Notes under the pieces: generated by a model
What the model was told of the DNA's origin: nothing
Database searches by the model: none
The model's input: only the letters and a program-made list of their open reading frames with translations
Made by a program: the position numbers and the translations under genes
In this document: one piece after another, positions 18,455 to 28,690 of the stretch
How positions within the stretch are numbered: the first letter of the stretch is position 1
Layout of the letters: each line of letters opens with the position of its first letter
Assembly (NCBI GenBank): GCA_043765375.1
Contig: JAYUJH010000016.1
Span: 27,846 to 91,845 of the forward strand
From: Alphaproteobacteria bacterium
GTDB lineage: Bacteria > Pseudomonadota > Alphaproteobacteria > Rickettsiales > UBA998
DNA: 64,000 nucleotides
Direction: 5' to 3'

Positions 18455-20259
18455 ACAAAACTTGCACCTTGCTCAGCCTCACTCACCAACCCACGCACGC
18501 TTGCGAATAATTTCCGCCCAAGCAAATATGGCTGGGTGGATTCAGGCGCAATTTTTGTCACTTCACGGCTTGCCCACTCGGTTGCTTCCACCAGTGCTTC
18601 CAGCGTTCCATTGACTGCATCTAAGCGTATTATGTCACCATTTCGCACCTTGCCAAGCGCACCACCCGCCATAACTTCAGGCGAAACATGGATTGCCGCT
18701 GGAACTTTACCCGACGCACCAGACATTCGCCCATCAGTGACAAGTGCCACCTTGAATCCCATATTTTGTAGCACCCCAAGCGGAGGTGTTAGCTTATGCA
18801 ATTCAGGCATTCCGCACGCTTGCGCCCCCTGACCTATCACCACCGCTATCATATCACCGCCAAGCTCACCCGCCTTAAATGCTGCTTGCAATTCCTCCTG
18901 CGAGGTGAACACTCTTGCGGGAGCTTCCACCACTAAATGCTCAGGCTTCAACGCCGATGTTTTGATTACGCACCGCCCGAGATTGCCCTGCAAAAGCCTT
19001 GTTCCACCATCAGCTGCAAATGGTGCATCAGGCGAGGCAAGCACGCTTAAATTATTGGAAACTTTAGGGCAAGGCTGCCATTTAAGTTTGTCATTTTCTA
19101 AAACCGCTTCAACTGCATAATGCGCCATTCCCTGACCCATCACCGTTTGCACATCATCATGTAGCAAGCCATGTTGCAATAGTGAGTTAATCAGCACCGC
19201 CATTCCACCCGCTGCATGAAAATGATTTACATCAGCATCACCATTAGGATAAATACGGCATAGTAACGGAATTGCGCTAGAGATTACGTCCATATCGCTC
19301 CAATTTATAATAATACCCGCCGCCCGAGCAATTGCAATCAAGTGAATTGTATGATTAGTTGAACCACCCGTTGCCATCAACCCGATGATACCATTAACAA
19401 TCGCCCGCTCATCAATAATTTCATAAAGCGGGCGAGGCGCACCAGATTGCACTGTTTGCGCTAAAATTACACGAGTAGCTTCCTTGGTTAATTCATCACG
19501 CAGTGGGGTATATGGATTGACAAATGAAGAATTAGGCAATTGCACTCCCATCATTTCAACCAGCATTTGGTTGCTGTTCGCCGTGCCGTAAAATGTGCAA
19601 GTTCCCGCTGAATGATATGACGCAGATTCCGCCGCTAGCAATTCATCACGCCCAACTTCACCCCGAGCATAAGCCTCACGAATGCGAACTTTTTCCTTGT
19701 TTGGCAAGCCTGAAGGCATAGGCCCTGCTGGCACAAATATGCTAGGCAGATAACCAAATTGCAACGCTCCCATCAACATTCCAGGGACAATTTTATCGCA
19801 CAAACCCAGATACATCGCCGCATCAAACATATTATGGGATAGCGAAATCGCCGTTGACATCGCAATCACATCACGGCTAAATAGCGAAAACTCCATACCC
19901 ACTTGCCCTTGAGTCACCCCGTCACACATGGCAGGAGTTGCACCCGCCACTTGCGCCACCGCTCCTAGCCTTTGCGCCTCTGATTTAATAATTGCGGGAT
20001 AATGTTGGTATGGCTGATGCGCCGAAAGCATATCATTATATGAAGTTACAATCGCAATATTTGGGGTTGGCCCTTTGAGTTTATCTTTTTCATCACTGCT
20101 ACAGGCGGCAAAACCATGTGCTAAGTTCCCACATGAAAGCACATTGCGATAAGGCGATTGCGCCCCCGCTTCCATCATCGCTTGCAAATATGGCGTGCGT
20201 GTTGGCTTGCTCCTTGCGATGATTTGCTTGGTGATGTCAGAAATTGCTTTGATTGTCAT
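18448..20259 (-). CDS. edd: Phosphogluconate dehydratase (Entner-Doudoroff)
   Basis: It belongs to the IlvD/Edd family and has the Edd-typical length of 603 aa. The motifs [13 protein letters not shown] and [21 protein letters not shown] are present. It is paired with glk. Confidence 0.88.
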   Translation of the reverse strand: MTIKAISDITKQIIARSKPTRTPYLQAMMEAGAQSPYRNVLSCGNLAHGFAACSSDEKDKLKGPTPNIAIVTSYNDMLSAHQPYQHYPAIIKSEAQRLGAVAQVAGATPAMCDGVTQGQVGMEFSLFSRDVIAMSTAISLSHNMFDAAMYLGLCDKIVPGMLMGALQFGYLPSIFVPAGPMPSGLPNKEKVRIREAYARGEVGRDELLAAESASYHSAGTCTFYGTANSNQMLVEMMGVQLPNSSFVNPYTPLRDELTKEATRVILAQTVQSGAPRPLYEIIDERAIVNGIIGLMATGGSTNHTIHLIAIARAAGIIINWSDMDVISSAIPLLCRIYPNGDADVNHFHAAGGMAVLINSLLQHGLLHDDVQTVMGQGMAHYAVEAVLENDKLKWQPCPKVSNNLSVLASPDAPFAADGGTRLLQGNLGRCVIKTSALKPEHLVVEAPARVFTSQEELQAAFKAGELGGDMIAVVIGQGAQACGMPELHKLTPPLGVLQNMGFKVALVTDGRMSGASGKVPAAIHVSPEVMAGGALGKVRNGDIIRLDAVNGTLEALVEATEWASREVTKIAPESTQPYLLGRKLFASVRGLVSEAEQGASFVV

Positions 20260-20411
20260 GATGCGCTAATGATATGTTTATTAATTTTTAGCAACTTAAC
20301 AAAATATTGCACATAACGCAACATTTTTAGAAAAACTTCTAGGTTTTATTGTTGCTTACTGCAAATGACAATTTACTCCGCTTCCGCTAATCATGCGCAT
20401 CAATCATACTA

Positions 20412-21692
20412 CTAAAGCGGAATAGATATTTCACCCGAGGCAATGCGCATTAACAATAGAGCGGATAATTTGGCACGTTCGGATAAGCTGTCCAACAATA
20501 TATATTCTTGATCAGAATGGATTGCTCCACCTCTCACCCCGAGAGTATCAATATTGCTCAAGCCATAAGCTGCCATATTATTGCCGTCACAGCACCCACC
20601 AGATGCAACATGATTAATTGGGATATCCAACATTGCACCAGTTTCACGCAGTGCATTCCATAATTTTTCATCACGGGCAGTTATAGTTTTGGCGGGACGA
20701 GTAAAGCCACCATGCAATTGCAACTGATAATCATTATCAGCAAAATCACTGATAATGCGTCGCAATTCGCTCATCACAAAATCCTGTTGCTGATGATTTA
20801 TCACTCGCACATTAAAGCGTATAATTGCCAAATCAGGCACAACATTTAAGGCAGAACCACCTTCAATTTTTGCGACATTAATTGTCAATCCCGAGTTAAT
20901 ATTAGTTTCATTTTGGGAATTATTTTGTGAATTGCTTTGCACTTCATTTTGTGGGGCATTTTGTGCGCTATTCAAATCATTCAAACGACAAGCAATTTGC
21001 GCTGCTCGCACCACCGCATTACGCCCCAAATGATGCTCTCGCCCCGCATGTGCGGATTTTCCACGCACCACCAATACAAAATTACCCGTCCCCTTACGCT
21101 CCCCAACCAATGTTCCATCAGGTAGGCTTGGCTCATAAATCAAACCGATATGATTGCGTGAAGCTGCCTCCCGCAACAAAAAATCTGACCCAACAGAACC
21201 AATTTCCTCATCAGGATTTAGTAATATCTCAAACCCAATATTCTCAGCAAACGGGCTTTGTTCCAACGCCTCCAACGCTTTCAACATCACCACCAATCCG
21301 CCTTTCAAATCCGCAACTCCAGGGCCATTAATGATGTTATCGCCGATTAATTTTGGCGTTTGAAATGAATGATTTACCCCAAATACCGTATCATAATGAC
21401 CACCTAAAAACACTTGGAACTTTGCATCAGGACGCTTGCGCAACCGCAATGCCTTGCCAAGCGCAACTTCCACCACCTCGCCATTTGCATCAACTGATTG
21501 CGTGGGAGGCAAAGCAATTTCCTCCATTTCCGCACCTAGCCAATAAAAATTATCACGCAACACACCGAGCATTTTCTCCAACCCTTGCAGATTATAACTG
21601 CCCGAATTGATTTTTGACCAATCATAGGTGAGCTGTTTCATATGCTCCAATTGGCTATCAATAAAATCTAAATATGGCTTAAAATTATTCAT
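20412..21692 (-). CDS. M20 family metallopeptidase (carboxypeptidase G2 / deacylase-like)
   Basis: The motifs GGHYDTV, NPDEEIGS and GKSAHAG are typical of M20 enzymes. An asparagine/glutamine-rich insert (NAPQNEVQSNSQNNSQNETN) is present. Confidence 0.75.
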   Translation of the reverse strand: MNNFKPYLDFIDSQLEHMKQLTYDWSKINSGSYNLQGLEKMLGVLRDNFYWLGAEMEEIALPPTQSVDANGEVVEVALGKALRLRKRPDAKFQVFLGGHYDTVFGVNHSFQTPKLIGDNIINGPGVADLKGGLVVMLKALEALEQSPFAENIGFEILLNPDEEIGSVGSDFLLREAASRNHIGLIYEPSLPDGTLVGERKGTGNFVLVVRGKSAHAGREHHLGRNAVVRAAQIACRLNDLNSAQNAPQNEVQSNSQNNSQNETNINSGLTINVAKIEGGSALNVVPDLAIIRFNVRVINHQQQDFVMSELRRIISDFADNDYQLQLHGGFTRPAKTITARDEKLWNALRETGAMLDIPINHVASGGCCDGNNMAAYGLSNIDTLGVRGGAIHSDQEYILLDSLSERAKLSALLLMRIASGEISIPL

Positions 21693-21700
21693 GATGTGAT

Positions 21701-22312
21701 TTATTTTTGAGAGTTATATAACCATGGTGCGGTGGCAGCATTTTTGCGTTCAAAAGCATCAATTGCGGTTGCATGCTCTAGCGTCAAACCAATATCATCT
21801 AACCCACCAAGCAAACATTTTTTGCGAAAATCATCAACTTCAAATGCAAATATTGCATTGCCAGCGGTGATTTTTTGCGCATTCAAATCAACCGTAATTT
21901 CCTCACCTAATGCTGCATATTCTGCGATTTTATCCACTTCCGCTTGAGGCAAAATAACGGGTAAGATACCATTCTTGAAACAATTTCCAAAGAAAATATC
22001 AGCAAATGATGGAGCAATTATGCAACGAATACCGAAATCTAGCAACGCCCATGGCGCATGTTCACGGCTTGACCCGCAACCGAAATTATCCCCCGCTACA
22101 ATGATTTTTGCGTGGTTAAATGGCGCACGATGCAACACAAAATCTTCATTTTTATCGCCATCAACATTATATCGCATTTCAAAAAACAAGCCTTCTGATA
22201 AGCCTGTGCGTTTAATGGTGGTTAAAAATTGCTTAGGAATTATCATGTCAGTATCAATATTTTGCAACAATAAAGGTGCAGCAACGGAGGTAACAATATT
22301 AAATGGCAACAT
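21701..22312 (-). CDS. leuD: 3-isopropylmalate dehydratase small subunit
   Basis: The motifs [13 protein letters not shown] and [17 protein letters not shown] are present and the length is 203 aa. No leuC is adjacent. Confidence 0.88.
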   Translation of the reverse strand: MLPFNIVTSVAAPLLLQNIDTDMIIPKQFLTTIKRTGLSEGLFFEMRYNVDGDKNEDFVLHRAPFNHAKIIVAGDNFGCGSSREHAPWALLDFGIRCIIAPSFADIFFGNCFKNGILPVILPQAEVDKIAEYAALGEEITVDLNAQKITAGNAIFAFEVDDFRKKCLLGGLDDIGLTLEHATAIDAFERKNAATAPWLYNSQK

Positions 22313-22400
22313 ATTCTAAAAACCCTTATAAAAAACAATGTAAATATATTTAATTGCATAATAAAAATCAACATATTAATATATTTATTTAGCAATAATT

Positions 22401-22433
22401 GAGCCATGGATACCAGCCTGCGCTGGTATGACA
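22401..22433. repeat. Short palindromic repeat unit (ataccag-N6-ctggtatgac)
   Basis: The hairpin arms lie at 22410-22416 and 22423-22429. The unit shares the ...GGTATGAC motif with the copy at 9215-9264 (read in reverse complement). The 63-aa ORF over it is a translation artefact. Confidence 0.5.
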
Positions 22434-22464
22434 AATATCTTTATTAGTTATACTGTTACAATGA

Positions 22465-23823
22465 TTAATACGGAGTATAAACTTCTACCATCAGCAAGCC
22501 ACGCACGATTTTGTCCCGAGCATCTTCCACTTTTTCTACAATATCCAATGTGATGACATCTTTATTATTAATATCAACCGCATAATCTAGCGCACCTTCC
22601 TTTAGCCCTAGATATTTTATTCCCGCCTTCCACTTGCCACTAAATGAGGAAATTAGCGTTTCATATACCGCTTTATCCACCCGCTTAATCATTGAGGTGA
22701 CCACGGTTTTGGGGAATAAACTATTTTGATTGCTATCAACCCCAATTGCATAATGCCCCATTTCTTCGGCCGCCTCTAGCACCCCAATGCTTGAACCACC
22801 CGCCGCTGCAAAAATCACATTTACGCCATCGTTAAATTGTTTTTTGGCGAGTATTTTAGCACGTTCAGGGCTGCTCCACGCACTTGGATCTGTTCCCACT
22901 ACATCTTTTTCCATCACAATATTTGGGTTAGCATATTTAGCCCCTTGATAATATCCTAGCGCAAAATTATTAATGATTGGCACGTCCATTCCACCAATAA
23001 AACCAATATGATTATTGCCCGCAATGTTTGCAGCGATGATGCCAACCAAAAATGCCCCCTCATGATCCTTGAAGCTGAGTGATTGCACGTTGGGATATAT
23101 TGGTGGGATAATTCCATCAATCACGGTGAACTTAACTTCGGGATATTCCGCAGCAATCGTTAATACTGGCACAATATTTTGAAAGCCCACAGCGATGATG
23201 TGAGTTGCGCCGTCTTTAATTATCTTGCGAAATGCGACGACATAATCCTGCCCCGCTGTAATTTTATGCTCCACACAGCTAATACCAACTTTATCTTTAG
23301 CTTGCTCTGCACCGAGGCGAACCAAATCAATGAAGCCTTGGTCACCCGCTTTGCCCGTGAACTCATAAATAATTGCGGGACGAAATGAATCATTATGTTC
23401 ATTTTTGCTATATTGATTATTGTTATTTTCATTTTTGTTGGCGATTAAGTCAGGGCTAAAATTGCGGGGCAATTCACGGGGGGGTTCGCCGCTTAAATCA
23501 TCATTCATATCAGCGTTTATATCAATGATAGGGCTTTGAATGGTGGGGCTTTGAATGGTGGGGCTTTGGGAGGGGGGGCTTTGGTTGGTTGATTTTTGAG
23601 TTTCTGTTTTTTTAGTATCTATTTTCTGAGTGGCTAGTTTTTGATTTTCTTTTTTGAGGGAGGAGGAAGTATGAATGTCAGCTTGTTGTTTGGCTGTGTT
23701 ATTTGTTATGTCTATTGACACATCATTTTCAGCACCACGAGCGAGCGCAACGCCATAATCCGCAAATAATAATAACATTAACATAATAATCAAACGAATT
23801 AACAACTTAAAACTCACCTTCAC
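22465..23823 (-). CDS. BMP family (PnrA/Med-like) ABC transporter substrate-binding lipoprotein with a long low-complexity N-terminal extension
   Basis: The C-terminal ~300 aa match the BMP family (IIAVGF, GFIGGMDVP, FAAAGGS, IGVDSNQ). The N-terminal part contains the SPTIQSPTIQSPI 15-bp repeats. Confidence 0.75.
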   Translation of the reverse strand: MKVSFKLLIRLIIMLMLLLFADYGVALARGAENDVSIDITNNTAKQQADIHTSSSLKKENQKLATQKIDTKKTETQKSTNQSPPSQSPTIQSPTIQSPIIDINADMNDDLSGEPPRELPRNFSPDLIANKNENNNNQYSKNEHNDSFRPAIIYEFTGKAGDQGFIDLVRLGAEQAKDKVGISCVEHKITAGQDYVVAFRKIIKDGATHIIAVGFQNIVPVLTIAAEYPEVKFTVIDGIIPPIYPNVQSLSFKDHEGAFLVGIIAANIAGNNHIGFIGGMDVPIINNFALGYYQGAKYANPNIVMEKDVVGTDPSAWSSPERAKILAKKQFNDGVNVIFAAAGGSSIGVLEAAEEMGHYAIGVDSNQNSLFPKTVVTSMIKRVDKAVYETLISSFSGKWKAGIKYLGLKEGALDYAVDINNKDVITLDIVEKVEDARDKIVRGLLMVEVYTPY

Positions 23824-24031
23824 ATATAATTATGATATTCCAACTTAAGGTATTTTGAATGCGGACACGATGCCTTATCTAATTTTTCAACGCCTAAACA
23901 TTTTATAACATTACGTATTTTATAACATATAAAAAAATTAAAATATTATTATTTGCCTATATATACATGTTTTGTTGTTGTTTAGCAACCAATCATCATA
24001 AACCACCTTCAAATTACTATTATTTTTGCAC

Positions 24032-24940
24032 TTACCCACGCAAAAAATCCGCCATATCCTCCGCTAATTGCCGACCCATATGGCGCAATCCACTCAATTG
24101 ATGCGTTTGCAACCAACTCGCATCATGTGCTGCAATCATGCCCCGCAAGTTAATTATGCCCTTATCCAAAGTTGCATATGCGGCAATCGGAGTGCGACAA
24201 CTACCATCAAGCAAGCGCAACAAATGACGCTCCACCGAAACACATGAATGAGTTATATCGTGATTTATCTGCTCCAATAATTCAATCATCGCAAAATCTG
24301 TGCTGCGACATTGCATACCAATCGCCCCTTGCGACACGGCGGGCAATATTTCCGTAATCTCAATTGGGTGCGCATTAGGGTGAGTGATGCTCAACCTATC
24401 CAACCCCGCTTGCGCTAGCAATGTTGCATCAACTATACCCTCCTCCAGCTTGGCGAGGCGACGCTGCACATTGCCACGATAATTCACCACATTAATATCA
24501 GGGCGCAAATGCTTGACTTGCACTGCTCGGCGCAATGAAGACGTGCCAAGAATTGCGTTTTGAGGCAAAGTTGCAATGGTTGAGGCGTGAGGCGAAAGCA
24601 ATGTATCCCGCACATCATCGCGGGGCAGCATTGCGGGAATAATCAAGCCATCAGGCAGAATTGTTGCCACATCTTTCATGGAATGCACAGCAATATCAAT
24701 TGCACCACCAAGCAATGCTTGCTCAATTTCTTTGGTGAATAGCCCTTTATTGCCAATCTCGGAGAGGTTACCCAACAGATACGCATCGCCCGATGTTTGA
24801 AATGTTTTGATTATGATTTGTAAATGAGTGCTATGCGCAATTAATTCATCACGAACCATTTCCGCCTGACGCACTGCCAACGCACTAGAACGAGAACCGA
24901 TTATTATGTGGTGGTTTTCAAGCATCAGACAAATCTTCAA
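24032..24940 (-). CDS. hemC: Hydroxymethylbilane synthase (porphobilinogen deaminase)
   Basis: The motifs IIIGSRSSALAVRQAE, GDGLFTKEIE-like (NKGLFTKEIEQAL), HSMKD, GTSSLRR and GSCRTPIAA are present. The true start may be the internal Met at about 24925. Confidence 0.9.
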   Translation of the reverse strand: MKICLMLENHHIIIGSRSSALAVRQAEMVRDELIAHSTHLQIIIKTFQTSGDAYLLGNLSEIGNKGLFTKEIEQALLGGAIDIAVHSMKDVATILPDGLIIPAMLPRDDVRDTLLSPHASTIATLPQNAILGTSSLRRAVQVKHLRPDINVVNYRGNVQRRLAKLEEGIVDATLLAQAGLDRLSITHPNAHPIEITEILPAVSQGAIGMQCRSTDFAMIELLEQINHDITHSCVSVERHLLRLLDGSCRTPIAAYATLDKGIINLRGMIAAHDASWLQTHQLSGLRHMGRQLAEDMADFLRG

Positions 24941-25391
24941 ATCTCACTATTTTATTGTTATTTTTGCTATGCAATATTCCTAACTTATTTTTTTTAATTA
25001 TTTTGTTAGCTTGCGCATATCCAGCTTTTGGGTGTTTTGTGACAACAACTAAAACTCGTGTTTTATTATTATACTCAGTTTTATCTTTCAAATACTGATA
25101 AGTTGTTACAAGCTGATTTGCCGCCTTAACAAAATCAGTTCCTTTTAGCTCAATAATAATTTGCCCAACTCCAACTTTTTGCAATAAGTAGTCAGCCGAT
25201 TGTTGATTATTACCATATTTGTTTTTTATCACATAATTATCTATTCGTATTTTTTTATAATCACTTTCATCAGTATTACTAAAAGTAATTTTAGTGCTTT
25301 TGTTGTCTGTTACAACAATCAATGTATGATTTTTATTAGTATCTGGATTTTTGCAATAATCAACGTATTCATTTGGAAACTGGTAATTCAT
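24918..25391 (-). CDS. Small (157 aa) protein with a PD-(D/E)xK-type motif, partner of the upstream ATPase
   Basis: The segment D67-x13-E81-L-K83 (SADYLLQKVGVGQIIIELKG) has beta-hairpin-like spacing and is followed by a helix (FVKAANQLVTTYQYL). The gene is very AT-rich. It starts 5 nt after the ATPase stop, and its 3' end overlaps the annotated hemC start. Confidence 0.5.
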   Translation of the reverse strand: MNYQFPNEYVDYCKNPDTNKNHTLIVVTDNKSTKITFSNTDESDYKKIRIDNYVIKNKYGNNQQSADYLLQKVGVGQIIIELKGTDFVKAANQLVTTYQYLKDKTEYNNKTRVLVVVTKHPKAGYAQANKIIKKNKLGILHSKNNNKIVRFEDLSDA

Positions 25392-25396
25392 TAATG

Positions 25397-26644
25397 TTAC
25401 TCTAATTCTATTTCTGCAAGTTTTTGGATTTCTTCAATAATTATGTCTGATGCGCTATCCAAATATTCTTCCTCAATAATCCCATCACTATCAATTAAGT
25501 TATGGCTTTTGCCATCTTTCATTTCATAAACATTGATATTTTTGCGGGGCAACCAATATTCACGGGGGATTATTTTGGCAATTTTATCCAATTTTTCTGC
25601 ATCATCTTTGAATTGTTCAGAAAGTCTTCCTGCTTCAAGAAGTGAGTTTAATTGTGAGAGAATATAAGGGCTATGGGTGGTGATGAACGTATGTTGTATA
25701 TTTTTACTAATAGCAGTTTTTGAGCGCATTAGTTTAGTCACAGTTTCCTTATTTGATAATTCAACAATAAACTTAGCAATAATTCCTTGCGTTTCAGGAA
25801 ACAAATGTGCTTCTGGCTCTTCTATTACAACAAAATCATGTCTATAATTATATAAATAATCAAATGATGCAAGCAATGGATATAATTCCTTTTGTCCCGA
25901 CGAAGAATTAGTTAGAGAAACTTTACGCCCGTCATCACTAACGATGAAAATATTACGGTTATCTCTGACTATTTTTCCTTTCAAGGTATTATTTGCATCT
26001 TTTGTTATAAAGTAATCAAATTTTTCACCATTTATTTTTCGGATTTTTCCATCTGCTAACATCGCATAAAGACTCCCAAATTTATTGAGTATTACGTCTG
26101 GATTTTCTGACATCAATATATCAGCACTTTTAGAGCGATCTATAAAATAGCTTCTACCATCTGGAATGAATAGATTACGATATGGAATGTTTTGCCTTCT
26201 AAACAATCTACTTGCGCTCATTCTCAATCTAGAACTAATGATAAAATCATCTTCGTTAGATTTTTGCTTGTTAAATGCCTCATCAATTTTAGCATATAAT
26301 ACAATTAATTTATTAGACAGGGTAATTTGTAATTCTTTTTTTATCCCCAATATTTTTATAGAGTAACCATTAGTTTCAAACTTAATCTCAAATCTTTTAT
26401 CAGTAAAAGAATCTTTTTCAAACAAAATATAAAAATTATTCTTAATATACTGTTTTACTTGCTGAACAGAATTAACTTCATCGCTTTCAATTTCAATCTT
26501 TAGAAAACTTTCACTAAAAAAATAAATCAACTTACCCAACAAACTTTTCCCGCTGGAGTTAGCACCAATCAACACGGTCAAGTTGCTGATTTCCATATTA
26601 ATATTAGTTAAGCAACCGAAGTTTTTAACAATTATATGAGCCAT
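25397..26644 (-). CDS. Soluble ABC-type ATPase of the AAA_15/AAA_21 (OLD/AriA/PtuA-like) class
   Basis: It has Walker A GANSSGKS (K33), the signature-like motif SSGQKE, Walker B/D-loop FVVIEEPEAHLFP and the H-loop ITTHSPY. A long insert separates Walker A from the signature. There are no TM segments and no transporter partner. Confidence 0.8.
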   Translation of the reverse strand: MAHIIVKNFGCLTNINMEISNLTVLIGANSSGKSLLGKLIYFFSESFLKIEIESDEVNSVQQVKQYIKNNFYILFEKDSFTDKRFEIKFETNGYSIKILGIKKELQITLSNKLIVLYAKIDEAFNKQKSNEDDFIISSRLRMSASRLFRRQNIPYRNLFIPDGRSYFIDRSKSADILMSENPDVILNKFGSLYAMLADGKIRKINGEKFDYFITKDANNTLKGKIVRDNRNIFIVSDDGRKVSLTNSSSGQKELYPLLASFDYLYNYRHDFVVIEEPEAHLFPETQGIIAKFIVELSNKETVTKLMRSKTAISKNIQHTFITTHSPYILSQLNSLLEAGRLSEQFKDDAEKLDKIAKIIPREYWLPRKNINVYEMKDGKSHNLIDSDGIIEEEYLDSASDIIIEEIQKLAEIELE

Positions 26645-26678
26645 ATTTGCCTCTGCCTACCCACCAAAATGTAACTAA

Positions 26679-27008
26679 TTATTGTTTAACAGGTTTCGCT
26701 GGAGCTTTTTCTAGGGTTTTCGCTGGAGCTTTTAGTTTAGGCGTGGTTGGCTTCTTTATGCTTGCTCCACTAGTTTTTTTCATACCAATTCCGCTTGGTT
26801 TTGCTGCCCTGCCACCGCTTGTGATACATTCTTTGATGGAAGAATATGGCGTAAAGTTCTTGGTTCTACCATAGTGCATTGAGCCTTTTTCGTGACAAAT
26901 ACCCGTTGAGCTTTTCTTCACCGCTGGTTCTGCTGCATTTGCGCTAGTTGCCGTTATGGCGAAACAAAGCGTTAGTATGATAATTGTGTTTTTAATGGCT
27001 TTTGACAT
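26679..27008 (-). CDS. Small secreted protein with a Cys/His motif and a lysine/proline-rich tail
   Basis: It has a signal peptide (…ATSANA|AEP), the motif SSTGICHEKGSMHYGRTKNFTPYSSIKECITSGGR and then a KKPTTPKLKAPAKTLEKAPAKPVKQ tail. It starts 4 nt after the guaB stop. Confidence 0.55.
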   Translation of the reverse strand: MSKAIKNTIIILTLCFAITATSANAAEPAVKKSSTGICHEKGSMHYGRTKNFTPYSSIKECITSGGRAAKPSGIGMKKTSGASIKKPTTPKLKAPAKTLEKAPAKPVKQ

Positions 27009-27012
27009 AATA

Positions 27013-28545
<1,533 letters not shown>

Positions 28546-28690
28546 TTATGCAAAAAGTCACATAAAAACTTGCATATTTTGAATTATTATGTCATTTACT
28601 TATGTGAATTATCAATTATTGTGATGAATAAATATTATATAGGCTTTATTATATAGACTTGCGCCTATACATGTTTATTATCAAATCACG

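Noticed and set aside
22243-22434. A 63-aa ORF (MSYQRRLVSMAQ...) between leuD and the BMP gene.
   Set aside because: Its N-terminus is simply the translation of the palindromic repeat unit (ataccagcctgcgctggtatgac). The rest is AT-rich intergenic DNA with Ile/Leu/Phe-rich composition.
25154-25180. Reading IIIELKGTD in the 157-aa protein as a Toprim (hhhEG..D) glutamate motif, which would make the cassette PARIS/OLD-like.
   Set aside because: No downstream DxD or acidic cluster is present in the remaining ~70 residues. An upstream Asp 14 residues before E-x-K fits PD-(D/E)xK better. This remains to be tested by structure prediction.
26647-26874. A 75-aa + strand ORF at the cassette boundary.
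   Set aside because: It is antisense to the small secreted protein gene. Its repeated FAGAFS translation mirrors the lysine/proline-rich tail on the other strand.
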